DNA from: Lama glama
Taxonomy: Eukaryota
Direction of reading: 5' to 3'
Length of the DNA: 64,000 nt
NCBI GenBank assembly: GCA_028534125.1
Contig: CM052816.1
Coordinates: forward strand, 51,276,001-51,340,000
Position numbers and translations under genes: made by a program
Shown: positions 39,940 through 52,310 of the stretch, piece by piece
Layout of the letters: each line of letters begins with the position of its first letter
Position numbering within the stretch: the stretch's first letter is position 1
Notes under the pieces: generated by a model
Database searches by the model: none
What the model saw: only the letters and a program-made list of their open reading frames with translations
What the model was told of the DNA's origin: nothing

Positions 39940-41770
39940 GTGAGAAGAGCAGTGGGCTGAAAAAGAAACATTCAGAGGAGCAGCATTTAAAGAACCTACA
40001 GAGGAAGAGGAAGGAACAAAAGAGCAAATGAATAAGGAGTCAGGCATTAGGAAATCCTAGCAACAGCAGTGCCGCTGAGCCCAAGGATGAAGGTTTTAAG
40101 GGAGTAGAAAATAACTAACAAAGAACCAACAATGTCAAAAGAGAAGCACATTAAGAAAAGGACTGAAAACATTCATGGAGCTTGAAAATGAAGCAGTCAT
40201 TGACCCCTTAGCGAGCAATGTCAGCGACAAAGAAGAGAGAAGCCAGATTGTAGTGGATTGAGGAGAAAACCACAAGTGAGGAAATAAGTAAAAACTTTAT
40301 AGACCACTTTTTTTTTTAATTTGATTGAAAAACAGATAAAAATTGATAACAGAAGCAGCACACAGGCTTAAGGAGGATACTGTTCTTCCTAAGAAAGGGA
40401 GCTATCTGAATGTATGTTTAAGCTGAGAAAAAGGGGTTGGAGAGAGGGAAAAGTTGAAAATACCACAGAGAAAAGTGACTGATGAAGCAATATCCTAAAG
40501 GGGTTGGGAGGAGATGTGGCATCAGCACAGGAGGATGGATTTGAACACAATAAACACCTTGCCCCTTGCAATCTGCATAAAGGCATTCGAGGATGAATAT
40601 AAAATTTAGACAGCTTTTTCAAATGGGACCATAAATTAAGGAAGACAAAATCTGATGATCACAAGATTTTCTGATGCAGGTATAGGCAAGATGGGCTGCA
40701 GATAGTGAGAGGATAGTGATGAAAGGAGAGTGTTTCAGAAAGCTAGTATAGACTAAGCATTGCTGGTGAGGGAGATGAGAGGAAGCATTGAAAAATGAAC
40801 AGACACAAGTGAAGGCCCAGCCCAGCACAGGTTGGAGAGCCTGAATTTGTAGTGTTGTAGTGTAACACTCTGTGAGGTGTTAGCATTGCCTTCAGCGGTG
40901 CTTAGCTCCCCAAATGTGGGAACCAGCAAGAGAGGACCATATTGACCATAAGCTGGAAGTTTTGCTGGGTTGAGTCAGTGGAAGAATAAGGGTGGAAGAG
41001 GGAACAGGATACACTAGTGAGAACAGCTCTGAGGTCCAGGTTAAGTAGAAAATGAAAAAATGTTGAGATAACTGAAGGGGCTGGGAAAATATGACAGTTT
41101 CAAGGAATATTAGATATGAAAATGGTGAACAACTGCAATGAAAGGAGAGAAATGGAAGAATGGGAGGACTATGAGATTTAGGACTTGAAGAAGTCTCAGC
41201 TGTGGCCATGTAAGCAAGTACATCAAGTAGCTTGGAGATGAAAGTCACTGGAGCTCAGGAAATTTACAAAACTGTAAGGCTTTTAATGTTTTCTGTCTTC
41301 TACATGGACACTTGAAGTCACTTAGGATTATCCTAAGAGCTGATGGAAGTGGAGAGCTCTTTAAAGAATATGGAAATTCAACTATGAGATTTAGAATGAC
41401 AAGGGACAAACGGTAGAAGACAAAAGAGTACAGAGGTGGTAAGTAATATGTGGTATATAATCCTGAGTCCCTCAAGAGTAATCACTAATACACTAATACC
41501 TGTGTTCCTGATAACCAGAATACAGCCTTGGATTCCTTTCCAAGATGGCACTAAAGGTAGCCACAGCCAGTGAATAGAGACAGTAAACGAGAAAAAAGCC
41601 TACCTTGCCATATCTGGTACAGTCAAATTTCACGAACCTCAAAGAAGCAGGAATATTTACATGAGGATGGAGAAGCAGTAACCTAAGATTGGCTCTGCAG
41701 AAGTGGGGCAACCAGCACTCTCCATACCCTGAGCCTTGTAGAGTGGAGAAAAACACAGCATCCACCCAAA
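39940..41770 (-). mobile_element. Long ancient L2 segment reaching the endonuclease region
   Basis: Purine-rich L2 pattern; minus-strand remnants YYLPP and IILSDFK echo the APE endonuclease motifs (IYRPP, IILGDFN). Confidence 0.65.
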
Positions 41771-42339
41771 GAGGTTGTTTGTTTGTTTGTTTGTTTTTAA
41801 GCCAAGTTTCCTTTAAAACTAGTTGGTGGAATCACTAACCTGTACAGGTGTTAACATCATATAAGATAGGCACGGAAATTGATCCACACTGTATCCACTC
41901 GCCACACCCACCCTGGAGATTCACAATGCACACTGTAGTGGGGAAGCTATTAACTCTGGGTTTCCCAATTCTTTGACAACAAATTTCTTTCCCCTGGGAA
42001 CACTTCTTAACACCTTATTCTACAGAATGTAGTAAAGGAAATAACAGGTTAAAGGTTTAAGTCAATTTGTTTACTATGGATGTGTGCTCCTGAGGTCACA
42101 ATGGAAAATCCGAGAAGATAGGGGAACAGTGGGAGAACAGGTTTGGGAACAGAAAGCATCAAGTACAGGAATGCAAGCACAGAAGAGTCAATAAACTGCA
42201 GGGGCTTCTACAAAGACAATCAAATGTTTCAGGGATATAAGTGAGATTTCCAGTTTACACACAGAGTTCTGGTTAATAAGGTACTTCATTGCAGATACAA
42301 GTTGAGAAAGTAACATCTAAGAAGTCTGTAAAAGGAAGA

Positions 42340-43060
42340 ACAGAAGCTATCTTAGCAAAAGGAGGAGGTAAAGGGAACAGTATGTACAAAAGCCTGAAGC
42401 TAAGAGAAGGTCTAGTAATTGAAGAACTCTTGTTTGACTGAAATGTAAAGGTAGAGGAAGGGTACTGGGAGAACTACAACTGATACAGACAAGAGGCCGT
42501 GTAGCTGGAGGGCTCAAAAGGGTTTTGAAAGTGATCAGATTTGCATTCTGGCTTCCAATGGAGACTACAGATCTAACCCGACTGGATGAAGACCAGTTAA
42601 AAAGTTCTTACAGTAATTCAGGAAAGACAAAATAATGCTAAACAGATCCAAAGATTGGCAGAAAGGCAGTGAGGGACTGATTCAAAAGACATTTTGATAG
42701 TGCAGTTGTACTCATTATAACAACTGGCTGATCTTGGTACAGAAGGGATAGTTGAGAGAAAAGATTCAAGAAAGAGTCCCAGTTCTTTCCCTTAGGTAGT
42801 AGGTGGTGCACTGACTGAATCAGATCCCTGGAAGAAAAGCAGGTCTGGGAATGAGACGGGCTTAATGAGTTTGAGTTTGAAATGCCTGTGGAATACCTAA
42901 GCGAAGACATCTAGCAGGTATTTTGCGATGGGTCTGGAATTCAGGAGGAAAGAGAAATCTAAGCTGAAAATATTGATTCTAAATCAACATTAGATAGATA
43001 ACAGAACACTTTTGATCCCTTAGGGAGAGGATACAGAATGAGAATAGGAAGACCAAAATG
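42340..43060 (-). mobile_element. L2 LINE fragment
   Basis: gagtttgaaatgcctgtggaatacctaagcgaagacatctagcagg, tctggaattcaggag. Confidence 0.7.
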
Positions 43061-44734
43061 GAGCAGTTAGAGAAATAATTTTTCCAACTAAATGATGACC
43101 ATGACATATACTGAGACACACTAAATCAAAGAAAAATTAAATTTAATTCATAAAGAATACTAATATATTTTGGAACATTTTATAAATTCCAACCAAACCC
43201 TTGCTTAATAACAAAACTGAACTAAGTAAAAACACTCCATTCCCTAAGCCCTCCAGTTACTTGAGGTTTACTGAACTATTCAAAATGTTAGTCAAAACAT
43301 AAAATTTCACTCAATAGCCATAGTTTATCTAATTAACAGCACTGTGCCACTAGCAAGATGACTGAACATCAAAGCACTAATTAATATTTGGTTGAATACT
43401 TTTTAAATTATCTAAGGACTGGGCTTTGCTGAAGGATGTTACATACAATAATACAAACATGGCTTGATTACAAAATTAGGAACTATATTATATTAAAATG
43501 ATATCCATCTCAATTCAAATCATCATAATATGCTATAATGAAACATAACTGAGTAATTATTGTCTCTGCTCAAGTAAGAATATTTCAACTCATTAAAAGT
43601 GAAAAATACAATACAATCAACATTTTTATACATACTTTTCAAGTTGTAATAATACTCTCTGGTCCTTTACTAAGTTCATAGTCTAGTAGAGACAGAAATT
43701 AGAATTTTTGAACTTCCTATTATGAGATGGCTGAAATCATGGTCAAAAATGGAAATAACTACAACTGCATCTTATTAAGCAATAATGGCAAGAAAAATCC
43801 CTATTTTGAAAATGAAAAACCTGAGACATGTAAACAGACTTGAGCTATCTTCAGACCAGAGATGACAACAGAACACAGGTGAACTCAGTAAAAAGACTAT
43901 TTCCAATTCTCATCTCATTCTAAACAATGAACCTCTCATCTCTTATTATAAGGAAAAGTTAGAAATGAGCAGAATTCTTTTGTGTCATAAAGTATAAGTT
44001 GTTAATATATCTATTTTGCTTGAGTATCACTCTTGCCGAACAGCTGCTTGATTTTTTTTAAGCTCAAACAATCAAAACATTATTTTAAGTGTTTCAACAG
44101 AGGCTAAAGATTGAAAAGTAAGAATAATTTTTTCCTCACCAAGTAAAAGCAGTCTTTTTAAACTATAGATCTGCCCTAAACTAGACAGTGTGAAGAAACT
44201 TATTCTGCTGCTGTTCAATATACCTTCTCAGAAAAGCAGCCCCAGTGAATTCTAACATTGTATAATCATTGTTCAAATGATCTTTTTAAATTAAAAACAA
44301 CTTTTTTCACTATCACTCTCCACATTTTTTATGGGATTTTTAATGTAATGTGTGGGCAACTGATTCCGTTTTGGGGGTTGGGTTTGTTTTCTTTTTTGGT
44401 CAGAGACATTTCTTTCAATGAATCTATAAGTCAGTCTATATCAGAGTCATAATAAAACTAAAACACTTTAAGAAATACAAGTTTCCCCAGAACTTAAGAT
44501 CATTTACAAAAATGTGATTATCACAGAACATACTATTCATACCTTTAAACACTACAGATCATTTTTAACTAATACAGGTAGGCAACTTCCTCTGTACCTG
44601 TCCCTCCCTGCAGCAATTCGACTCTTTCCTAAGAACACATGCAATTACCAGCTAGGGAAGGGAAGTATTATCTTTTTGAGAATTTGGCTTGAATGCATTT
44701 AGATTAGTTAATTACATACCTAGCAGGGTCCCTG

Positions 44735-44900
44735 GGCAGTGGTCCTCAAATTTTAGAGAGCAAAGAAGCACCCAGGTTACAAATTTAAATGTGGAATTTG
44801 AGGCCCAGACCAGAAAGATTGTCAGATTCTGAAGGCTCCAAAATAAGCATTTGTAATTGGCACCAGAGATACTTTTGAGGAGGAATGATGATAGAACACC
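44735..44900. mobile_element. MER5B-like MITE
   Basis: cagtggtcctcaaatttt...aagcacccagg...gcatttgtaa. Confidence 0.55.
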
Positions 44901-45409
44901 GAGACAAAAGAGACATCACTTTAATAGGGGTATTAATGGGCCTAGATTTCAAGGCACTTGGCAGCCTGGGCTGACCATGGCAGTCATGGCCCTCATAATC
45001 CAATAAATAGCACAGGAAGCAGCAAAAGAGACGCAGTTGGTTCAGTCTTAACAGCAGTTGATCAGCAAGCTCAGCACTCCCTCCTCGCTTCCCACTGAAG
45101 CAAATTAAAACTTCCCCAATCAAAGTTTAAATGAGATACAACACTACTTAAACAGGAAATGAGGGATTTGTGGGGAGCTTTATAGGTAGCTAATGCTTGC
45201 TATGGGCTCTGCAGCAAAAGGTCCAGTTAGCAAGAGGGTAAGAAGGCATCTCATGCTCCACAATTCTGTTTTCTTAAGAAAAAAAAGAGCCTGTGGTGTT
45301 CCCTCCATTACTGGCTTCCAACACACATTGGTAATTCTTCCAAGACCATTCCCTCTTAATGATATAATAATGTTCATGGCCAGAAGCAGAAGGTGAAGCC
45401 GAGTGGAGC

Positions 45410-46700
45410 ACTGCAAGCAGTGACGTAAAGTCAGCAACAGGTAGCTGTAGGAACAGTAGGAGCCCTCAGAAGAATACCGTCTCACCACTACTTCTTCCTC
45501 CCAAAACACTCAAATAACTATAAACTATTTCAACTTATACAAAAATACTCCTCTCACTAGAGACACAGGACTAAAGATTAAACAATAGGAAAAGAAGACT
45601 TCTGAGTACAGAAAGATGTATCCTTCATAAATTAGGTCGTATCTATCAACCTGTTCTCCAACCTAACACTGAGAAAAGTCCTCCAGCATCTAAGTGCAGT
45701 GAGAGGGATGCAGGTAGTCTGCTCACTCTGACAAGAATCAGCAACACCATCCCTACACAAGGCCCTCTTCTGTCAAGGTAAGAAAACCAAAAACACTGAA
45801 AAACTGTGAACACTGGAATTTGACACAACATTGTAAAATGATTATAAATCAATAAAAAAATGTTTAAAAAAGAAAAGAAAACCAAAAACATCAACAACAG
45901 CATGGGGCCAAGATGAAGCTTGTGCACCACGAGAAAGAAGAACACTGCTATAAAGAGAAAGAGAAACACTGCTATAAAGAGAAAGAGAGAAAGCTTGCTC
46001 TTGTAATGGGCTTACACTGGGAATCAGGAGAAAAACTTAGAAATTGCCTATTATCTGCCAACTAAAAAAGGTAAAAGAAAAAAAAAACACAGCCTCTGAA
46101 AGCAAGAGATGAGAGGGAAAACAACAGCTAAGATCAAAAAAGAAACAGGAAGAAAAAAATGGAAGGGGATTCAAGCACAATAGTAGACAAATTCTATTTA
46201 ACAGGCAAAAGAGAGAAGTACAGAAACTGAAAAAAAATCTAACATTTTAGCCTACACACATGAGATGATGTCCAAATACAGAAGAAAAAGGACCAAGATG
46301 AAAACAATGAATATTGATTGATAGGAAAGACAAACAACACAGATCCAACCTACAAATAACTGGCATTTCTGAATCGAAATCATAAGCAAATATACAATTG
46401 AAAAATTGTTCCTGAGCTGGGAAAAAGAAAGATTTAAAAGATGTACTCCTATAAATTGAGTGAATTCACTATGTTTCTGAAAAAAACTGCTGGAAAGAAA
46501 CTGATGCCTAGAGGTAGCCTATGGAATATATTTATTGAAAGAACAAAAAGAAAACAAAAATGTAGACAGAAAAACCAGTTCACCTACAAAGGAATAAAAA
46601 TTAGGGTAACCTCAGCCACCTCCTCCACAGCAAGGAACACCCAAAGACGACAGAGCATATCTAAATGGCTGAGGACTTCTAACTTACAATTTTATATCTT
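45410..46700 (+). mobile_element. Ancient L1 5'/ORF1 remnant
   Basis: A-rich; agatccaacctacaaataactgg and tcacctacaaaggaataaaaattag resemble L1 ORF1. Confidence 0.55.
45796..45874 (+). mobile_element. 79-bp severely truncated young L1 3' tip
   Basis: Near-identical to 11850-11929. Perfect 16-bp TSD aagaaaaccaaaaaca at 45780-45795 and 45875-45890. Confidence 0.92.
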
Positions 46701-47542
46701 AGCACCTGTAACAGTTAGGCACACTGTAAACATTAAATAAAAGTTGTAAGGAACAAAAAAAATTTAAATTTTTTAATGAATTTATTTTAAGTAACTCTAC
46801 CTCTTTATAGCACCTTTCTTCAGCTCTCAAGCCTATCCATCAGCTAGCTAGATCTTTTCCCATTCAACCAACAGATTTATACGACATCTAATCTTTCTGA
46901 TACCACTGTCATTACTTTTATAAGATTTTTTTAAACATAAAACAAGACTTCTCTGCATGTACATTTAAGAGAAATTATTCCTCCACTGGTGATGATTTGA
47001 AGTGACCCATCAGCTCAGTCTCTCTTGCTGCCTTTAAATAGTAGGACTAGAACTAATTGTAGTCAGCACATATGCTAAATTAGGCCAGAACCAGGAACTA
47101 AAAGCTTATGACCCTGGCCAAAGATATTCAACGAATAAGAAAGTATAGAAAAGATCAACACTGTATCAGAAGCTCCAGACTCCGTGCCAGTCTAAATAGT
47201 CTGAATATACGATGAGCAATATGTTTTTAAAATATACTACCAAGTGCCATTATTTTTTTGGGAAGAAAATAAAGTGTTTGGACATTTTTGTAATGGAAGT
47301 GACATTCTCTTTAAATTTTTCTTCTTGCAAAGTCTTCTTTAAAGGCTAGATTAATGTGCCTTCTTATTTCCACAAGCTTTTCATTCATCCAGTCAGCACC
47401 TACAATATCCTAGCAGTTGCCATATGTGTGCTTATAGGAAGAAGTATCAAATTCTTTCTGGGACAATCAGTGAAGACTCCAAAAAAAAAAGGAGTCTGGA
47501 AGACTTCAATTCAGTTCTTCAAGAACTTGAATACGGGCTTAC

Positions 47543-47634
47543 AGTGGAGTGGGTATAGCTCAGTGGTAGAGCACGTGCTTAGCATGCATGAGGTCCTAGG
47601 TTCAATCCCCAGTACTTCCACTTAAAAAAAAAAA
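47543..47634 (+). mobile_element. tRNA-derived camelid SINE (Vic-1-like, short form)
   Basis: A box tagctcagtgg, B box ggttcaatcc, polyA. TSD tgaatacgggcttac / tgaataagggtttac (13 of 15 match). Confidence 0.88.
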
Positions 47635-48619
47635 TGAATAAGGGTTTACCAAGTGGATGCAAAAGCATGTCAAAAAGATGGGGAGCTCCTACAAGACAGA
47701 GCCTAAAAAGAATGTTTGAAAAAAAAAAAAAAGGCAATAGATGAAGCACAGGTTGGGTAAAATACAGGTAGATAAGGTCCAATGGTTCCCAATGACAGGA
47801 GAAACCACTTCCGATGGGGCTGTTCGGAAACGAGTAGGACAATAATGGGTTGTCACAAAAAGGAGGGGTTGTAGTTTGCTATCACTATTTAGTGCTCCGG
47901 GACAGGTAAAATAAGCATCCTACAATGTATGGAACAATTCCATAAAAACGGCAGTTGAACCCCCTTTGAGAAACATTGAGAAGTAGGTTAGGGCTTAACA
48001 AAGTCTGGAGAACTTAACCCTAGAATTTCTCAGTGTATCGTTGAATGCACATCTCAGAAATCTGTGATCACATCTTGCATTTCACTCGTTAAATATTTAC
48101 TTCCAAGGAAGCTGTGTTTTTCCTGAGCAAAGTGGTATGTTTCCTTCTTTCTTTCACCATTATCTCAGAACTTAGTCTGTATTCCACCATTAACAACTAT
48201 ATAACTTTTCATAGTATGTGTGAGTATAACACACCTCAATCTTATCTTTCTATTCAAGCTTCATATTTTCATGATTCTGATTTATTTTTATTTTGCATGT
48301 TCATATATATAGCTTACAAGCTACCTTAAACACTTCCAGACCAAAATAGGGTATAAATTTTAAAATATAAACAGAAATAAGATAGGGAAACAATATCTTA
48401 TACTGAGCCCCCAGAATCATCCTGGGAGAACTTAGAACTTTTAAGAGACTTTTAAAGAGTATAATATACAGTCTTGGCCCTCAACAGTTTGTAACCAAAT
48501 TTGTAAGAAAAGACTCAAACTGAAAAGAACATTAGAGAATAAAAGACAGTAGGAATTAGTGATAAATTGTACAACCACTGTTTAAAGAATTAGTATGAAT
48601 TAGATAATAATTATAATAG

Positions 48620-48820
48620 CATATATTGAGCTTTTACTATGTATCAAAAAATCTATTAACTTATTAAATCCTCACAGTAACCCTATGACGTAGTTACTAT
48701 GATTTTCTCCATTTTACAAATAAGGAAATTGGGACAGAGAAATTAAGAAATTTGTTCAAGGTAACAGCTGTTAAATGTGGCAATCTGACCTAAGGCAGTC
48801 AGTCTGGAACCAGAGCCTGC
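48620..48820 (-). mobile_element. MIR SINE
   Basis: aatcctcacagtaaccctatga...ccattttacaaataaggaaattg. Confidence 0.8.
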
Positions 48821-48843
48821 GTCCTAAAGGGGTTATATTTCAG

Positions 48844-48996
48844 CAGGAGGGTATAGCTCAAGTGGTAGAGTGTGCGCTTAGCATGCACAAGGTCCTGGGT
48901 TCAATTCCCAGTACCTCCTCTAAAAATAAATAATAAAATCTAATTACCTCCCCCGCTGCCAACAACAACAACAATAAGTAAATTAATTTTAAAAAA
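48844..48996 (+). mobile_element. tRNA-derived camelid SINE (Vic-1-like) with (CAA)n tail
   Basis: ggagggtatagctcaagtggtagag...ggttcaattcccagtacctcc. TSD ttatatttcag (48833-48843) / ttacatttcag (48997-49007). Confidence 0.88.
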
Positions 48997-49334
48997 TTAC
49001 ATTTCAGACAATCCTTGAATTATACTGAAGGGCAGACATACAACACAAATAATGATGAGGAAGATGGGGGGGGGGTAGTGAAACTGGGAACGGGTTGCAA
49101 TGAGGCAGAGTAGACAAGTAAAGACCCTGACTAAAGAGAAGAGTATAGATTAAGGAATACAGGAATATGCCTGGGGTGGGGAGGGATAGCAATTTCTAGA
49201 CAGCCTTAAAACTCTTAATTCCATTTAAAATAGTGGACAATAGGACACTATTGTAGGTTCTTGAACTCAAGATGATTAAAAAGTTTTTCTCCAAAAGCTA
49301 TCACGTGACAGTGATATGGAACCACTCTAACCTC

Positions 49335-49411
49335 GAAGCTAAACTCGTATTTGTAAATACTTTCTCTGGGTCTGAAGCTAAACTCGTATTTGTAAATACT
49401 TTCTCTGGGTC
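49335..49411. repeat. Perfect tandem duplication, 38 bp x2 (period 39)
   Basis: gaagctaaactcgtatttgtaaatactttctctgggtc at 49335-49372 and 49374-49411. Confidence 0.97.
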
Positions 49412-50659
49412 CTGTAAATCTATAAAACGAAGATTTAAGGCCTGAGGTATCAGGTACATTACAGGAACTTCTGGTTCTGCACAGTTTTCAGCAGCCTCTC
49501 CCTAATCTGAATCCTTTAGGTTGGGTTTATTCTCCATCCCATTCTTTCCAATTGTTTTATACCCAGCCTGCTTGGCCCCTGAAGACATGTTAATCACCAA
49601 TCTCTATGGCACTCTGTTGTTGTCATGGTTCGTGATCATGCTTATGTTTCAAATAGTGCCTCTAGGATCCCAAATACATCTCTAGGCTTCAGGATATTAA
49701 TAATCAAATCAAGTCCAGTCTTAAGGAAACTACTGATATAAACTTTATCCTACTTGTTTTTTCTAATGGGTGTCTTATTTTTCTCAGAAACTTAAAAGCA
49801 TAATCTTGTAACATTCTATACCCAATGAATCCAGCTTAGAACTAGTGAAAACTGCTTCCACTAGTCTCAGTTAAAATATCAACGACTTTTAAACCCTGTA
49901 ATTGCAAAACTTTAATTTGAATTTCTCAATATTCAATATTTATTTTTTTAACCAGTTTTCATTTTGTAAAAGTCTCCTCTTGTCCGTATCTGACCCTTCA
50001 GAAACAAGAACGAAGGATTCTACTTCAGGTCCTAATAATGTAGCTGAGTACACAGGGCCTATGTTTTCCAATTCTGAAAAGTGTAAACTAAGCTTTTGAC
50101 ACTTAAGAGTGGAGGCCTGTCAAATTGTAATTTTTGAAAAGTTATAAACATGACTCATACAAAGTGAGCCTGTGGCAAAGATTTACTGAACTCATAATGA
50201 AGGAGCAAGATGAATGGTAAAAAATGTTTTAAAATCTTGGAAATAAGGCAATAAAACTACAACCCTCAGGAGTACTTTTTTTCCTCCTAGTCAGAAAAAA
50301 TTTGCATCTCTACGAGACAGACAGAAAGAAAGAAAAGAAAGAAAAAGAAATTGCAACGCTTTGGCCCTAATCAGTATGGTGTCAAGCAAAAGTACAGTCA
50401 CCTAGATAATTGATTCTCAGTGGGGCCTGTTAGACAAGGCTCTATTTTGACTGTGAAAAGACACGTGGCTCTCCTTTTGCCTTTTCGGCGATGTTTATAA
50501 TTTCTACCATCATAAAACTTTGTTTCTATAAGTCAGTTAACTATTCCTTTATTCCACCCCCATTCATGATTTCAGGTACTATGAGTAGATAGATTATTTG
50601 GAAGAAAAACTCCTAACAATGAATCTGAAACTTCTACAAGTTGAGTGGGATTTGAGCAG

Positions 50660-51710
50660 TGGAACCGCCAGTAACTTTACACCCTTTGTTTGAAGGTTAC
50701 GAGCCTATCTATCCCAGTACCGGCTTTAAACACACGGTGGTAACTAAGGCGAGGGTGAGGTCTCGACAGTGGCCCAGGAGCCGCCCTAGCGGCTCGCCCT
50801 CCCGCCGCGGCTCCAACGCCACCCAGCCTCCATTTGACTGGCGGGAGCGGGGCTTCCCCTGCCTTTTGTTTAGGGCTGTGTTGTTTCCCGCCCACCCGCG
50901 CCCGCCCTTCCTCCCTATCCCAGGAGTGGGGTGAGGACCGTGAGGGAAACAGAACCGGGGAGAATCGGCCGGCAGTCTGTGGGAATACTCACCCCGCTCC
51001 GCTCGGCCCCTGACCTTGCCGCCCAGCCCCGCGGGGGCGGGGCGACCGGGCTGAGGGAGGGGAGCAGGGTAGAGGGACCCACCGCTCAGCGAGCTACCGC
51101 CCACCGTTGGTCCCAGGGAGGAGAGTAATAGGCCCCCGGGGGTCAAGGGGACGGCAGCGGAAGTGCAGAGCCAGACAGCAGGGACGCCCCCGAGAAAAGG
51201 GGCCCTACCCCTCCCTCAGCCGCCGTCGCCTGAGGCGACCCAGTCGGAGCATGCGCACTGCACCGCCCGCACACCGAGGGACCCGGCTCGCGCGGGCGGC
51301 TGACGTCGTGGGACGCGTGCGCCGGGCCGGGGCCGGGAGGGCGTGACTTCCCTGCGCCCCGCGAAGCAGCCGCCGAGGCCCCGCCCCCGCACCTCACCGG
51401 CCGCGAGAACCCAACGGTGACTGTGCCCTCAACGCCGCACAAAGGCGGAGCACTGAGGGGGGTGCCAGGGGAGGGGGTGCTAGCGGTTTCGACAGTCTCT
51501 GCACACTCTCGTCCGACAGACAGCCCAATGTCTGGAAAATAAAAGGATGACCAATGGAGAAAGGTAGGGCAAGAAAGGAGTTGAACGCCTCAGTGCCCCT
51601 AGAATCTCTCTGAGGGGTTGTGGAACCGTGCCGCCTCTCAAAACGCCACTGCCGAACTACTGTAAACATAGCAATTAAGCACAAGCACGCCCACTTAAAA
51701 CTTAAGGACC
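50660..51710. promoter_or_regulatory. CpG-island promoter of ATG10 (no obvious TATA box)
   Basis: Sharp rise in GC and CpG. GC boxes at ~51034 and ~51379, ETS motif CGGAAGTG 51158-51165, NRF1-like GCATGCGCA 51249-51257, CRE-like TGACGTC 51301-51307, CCAAT at ~51524 and 51551. Confidence 0.88.
50993..51270 (-). other. ATG10: ATG10 non-coding exon 1 (5' boundary/TSS approximate)
   Basis: Strong donor GGG|gtgagt (intron starts at 50992) inside the only CpG island in the window, upstream of exon 2 on the same strand. The TSS cannot be fixed from sequence. Confidence 0.75.
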
Positions 51711-51989
51711 GTGGTAGAAGTTAGGGTTCGTGAATTGACAATAATACCATCTGTGGCACACAGCTCAGGGGAAAGAAAAAAAGTCTAGCAGCAGAATTAA
51801 ATTGGGGGGAAAAGGTGAGATACAGAAAAGACTAGAGAAAGATGTAGTAGTAACGGGGGGTGGTCCAATTGAAATACTGAAAATGCAACGGCAGACATCT
51901 GAGGGAAAACTAGCATCTGCTCTTTTTAACACGGCAGAATTAAATTTGTGTGAGAAAAGTAAACACAGGCAAAGAAGTGAAAGGAATAC

Positions 51990-52310
51990 CTGCCTTCAAA
52001 CATACAGGACATGGTTTTGAGCTTGTACGACAGTTATGTAAGATGTCACCATTGGAGAAGGCTAGGTGATGGATACACAGGACTCTGTGTACTATTTATA
52101 CAATGTCCTGTGAGCTTATAATTATTTCAAACTAAAAACGTCTTAAAAAGGGACAGAACACTGATCAGTGGTGACCAGGGGAAGGGGATGACCAAAAAGG
52201 GGCTTGAGGGAATGGGGGGGTAATGGAATTGTTCTGTATCTTTGTCACAACTCATAAAAGGGATAGATTTTACTGCATGTAAAATAGTTTAAAACTCAAT
52301 TTTTTAAAAA
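51990..52310 (+). mobile_element. L1M 3' UTR fragments
   Basis: gttatgtaagatgtcaccattggagaaggct...ctctgtgtactattt; acagaacactgatcagtggtgaccagggg. Confidence 0.65.

Noticed and set aside
43636..43682. 47-nt candidate 5' UTR cassette exon in intron 1
   Set aside because: Acceptor is plausible but the donor (aaa|gtatgt) is only moderate; no independent support.
47474..47527. Small hairpins agactcc-A10-ggagtct and agttctt-c-aagaact
   Set aside because: 7-bp stems are expected by chance in 64 kb; prokaryote-style terminators are not relevant here.
47543..47634. Possible true tRNA genes (also 22060, 48844, 56817)
   Set aside because: They have A-rich tails, TSDs and diverged stems, so they are tRNA-derived SINEs.
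50659..51684. Overlapping GC-rich ORFs in the CpG island
   Set aside because: Stop-codon depletion in GC-rich DNA; no recognisable protein, and several start at non-ATG codons.
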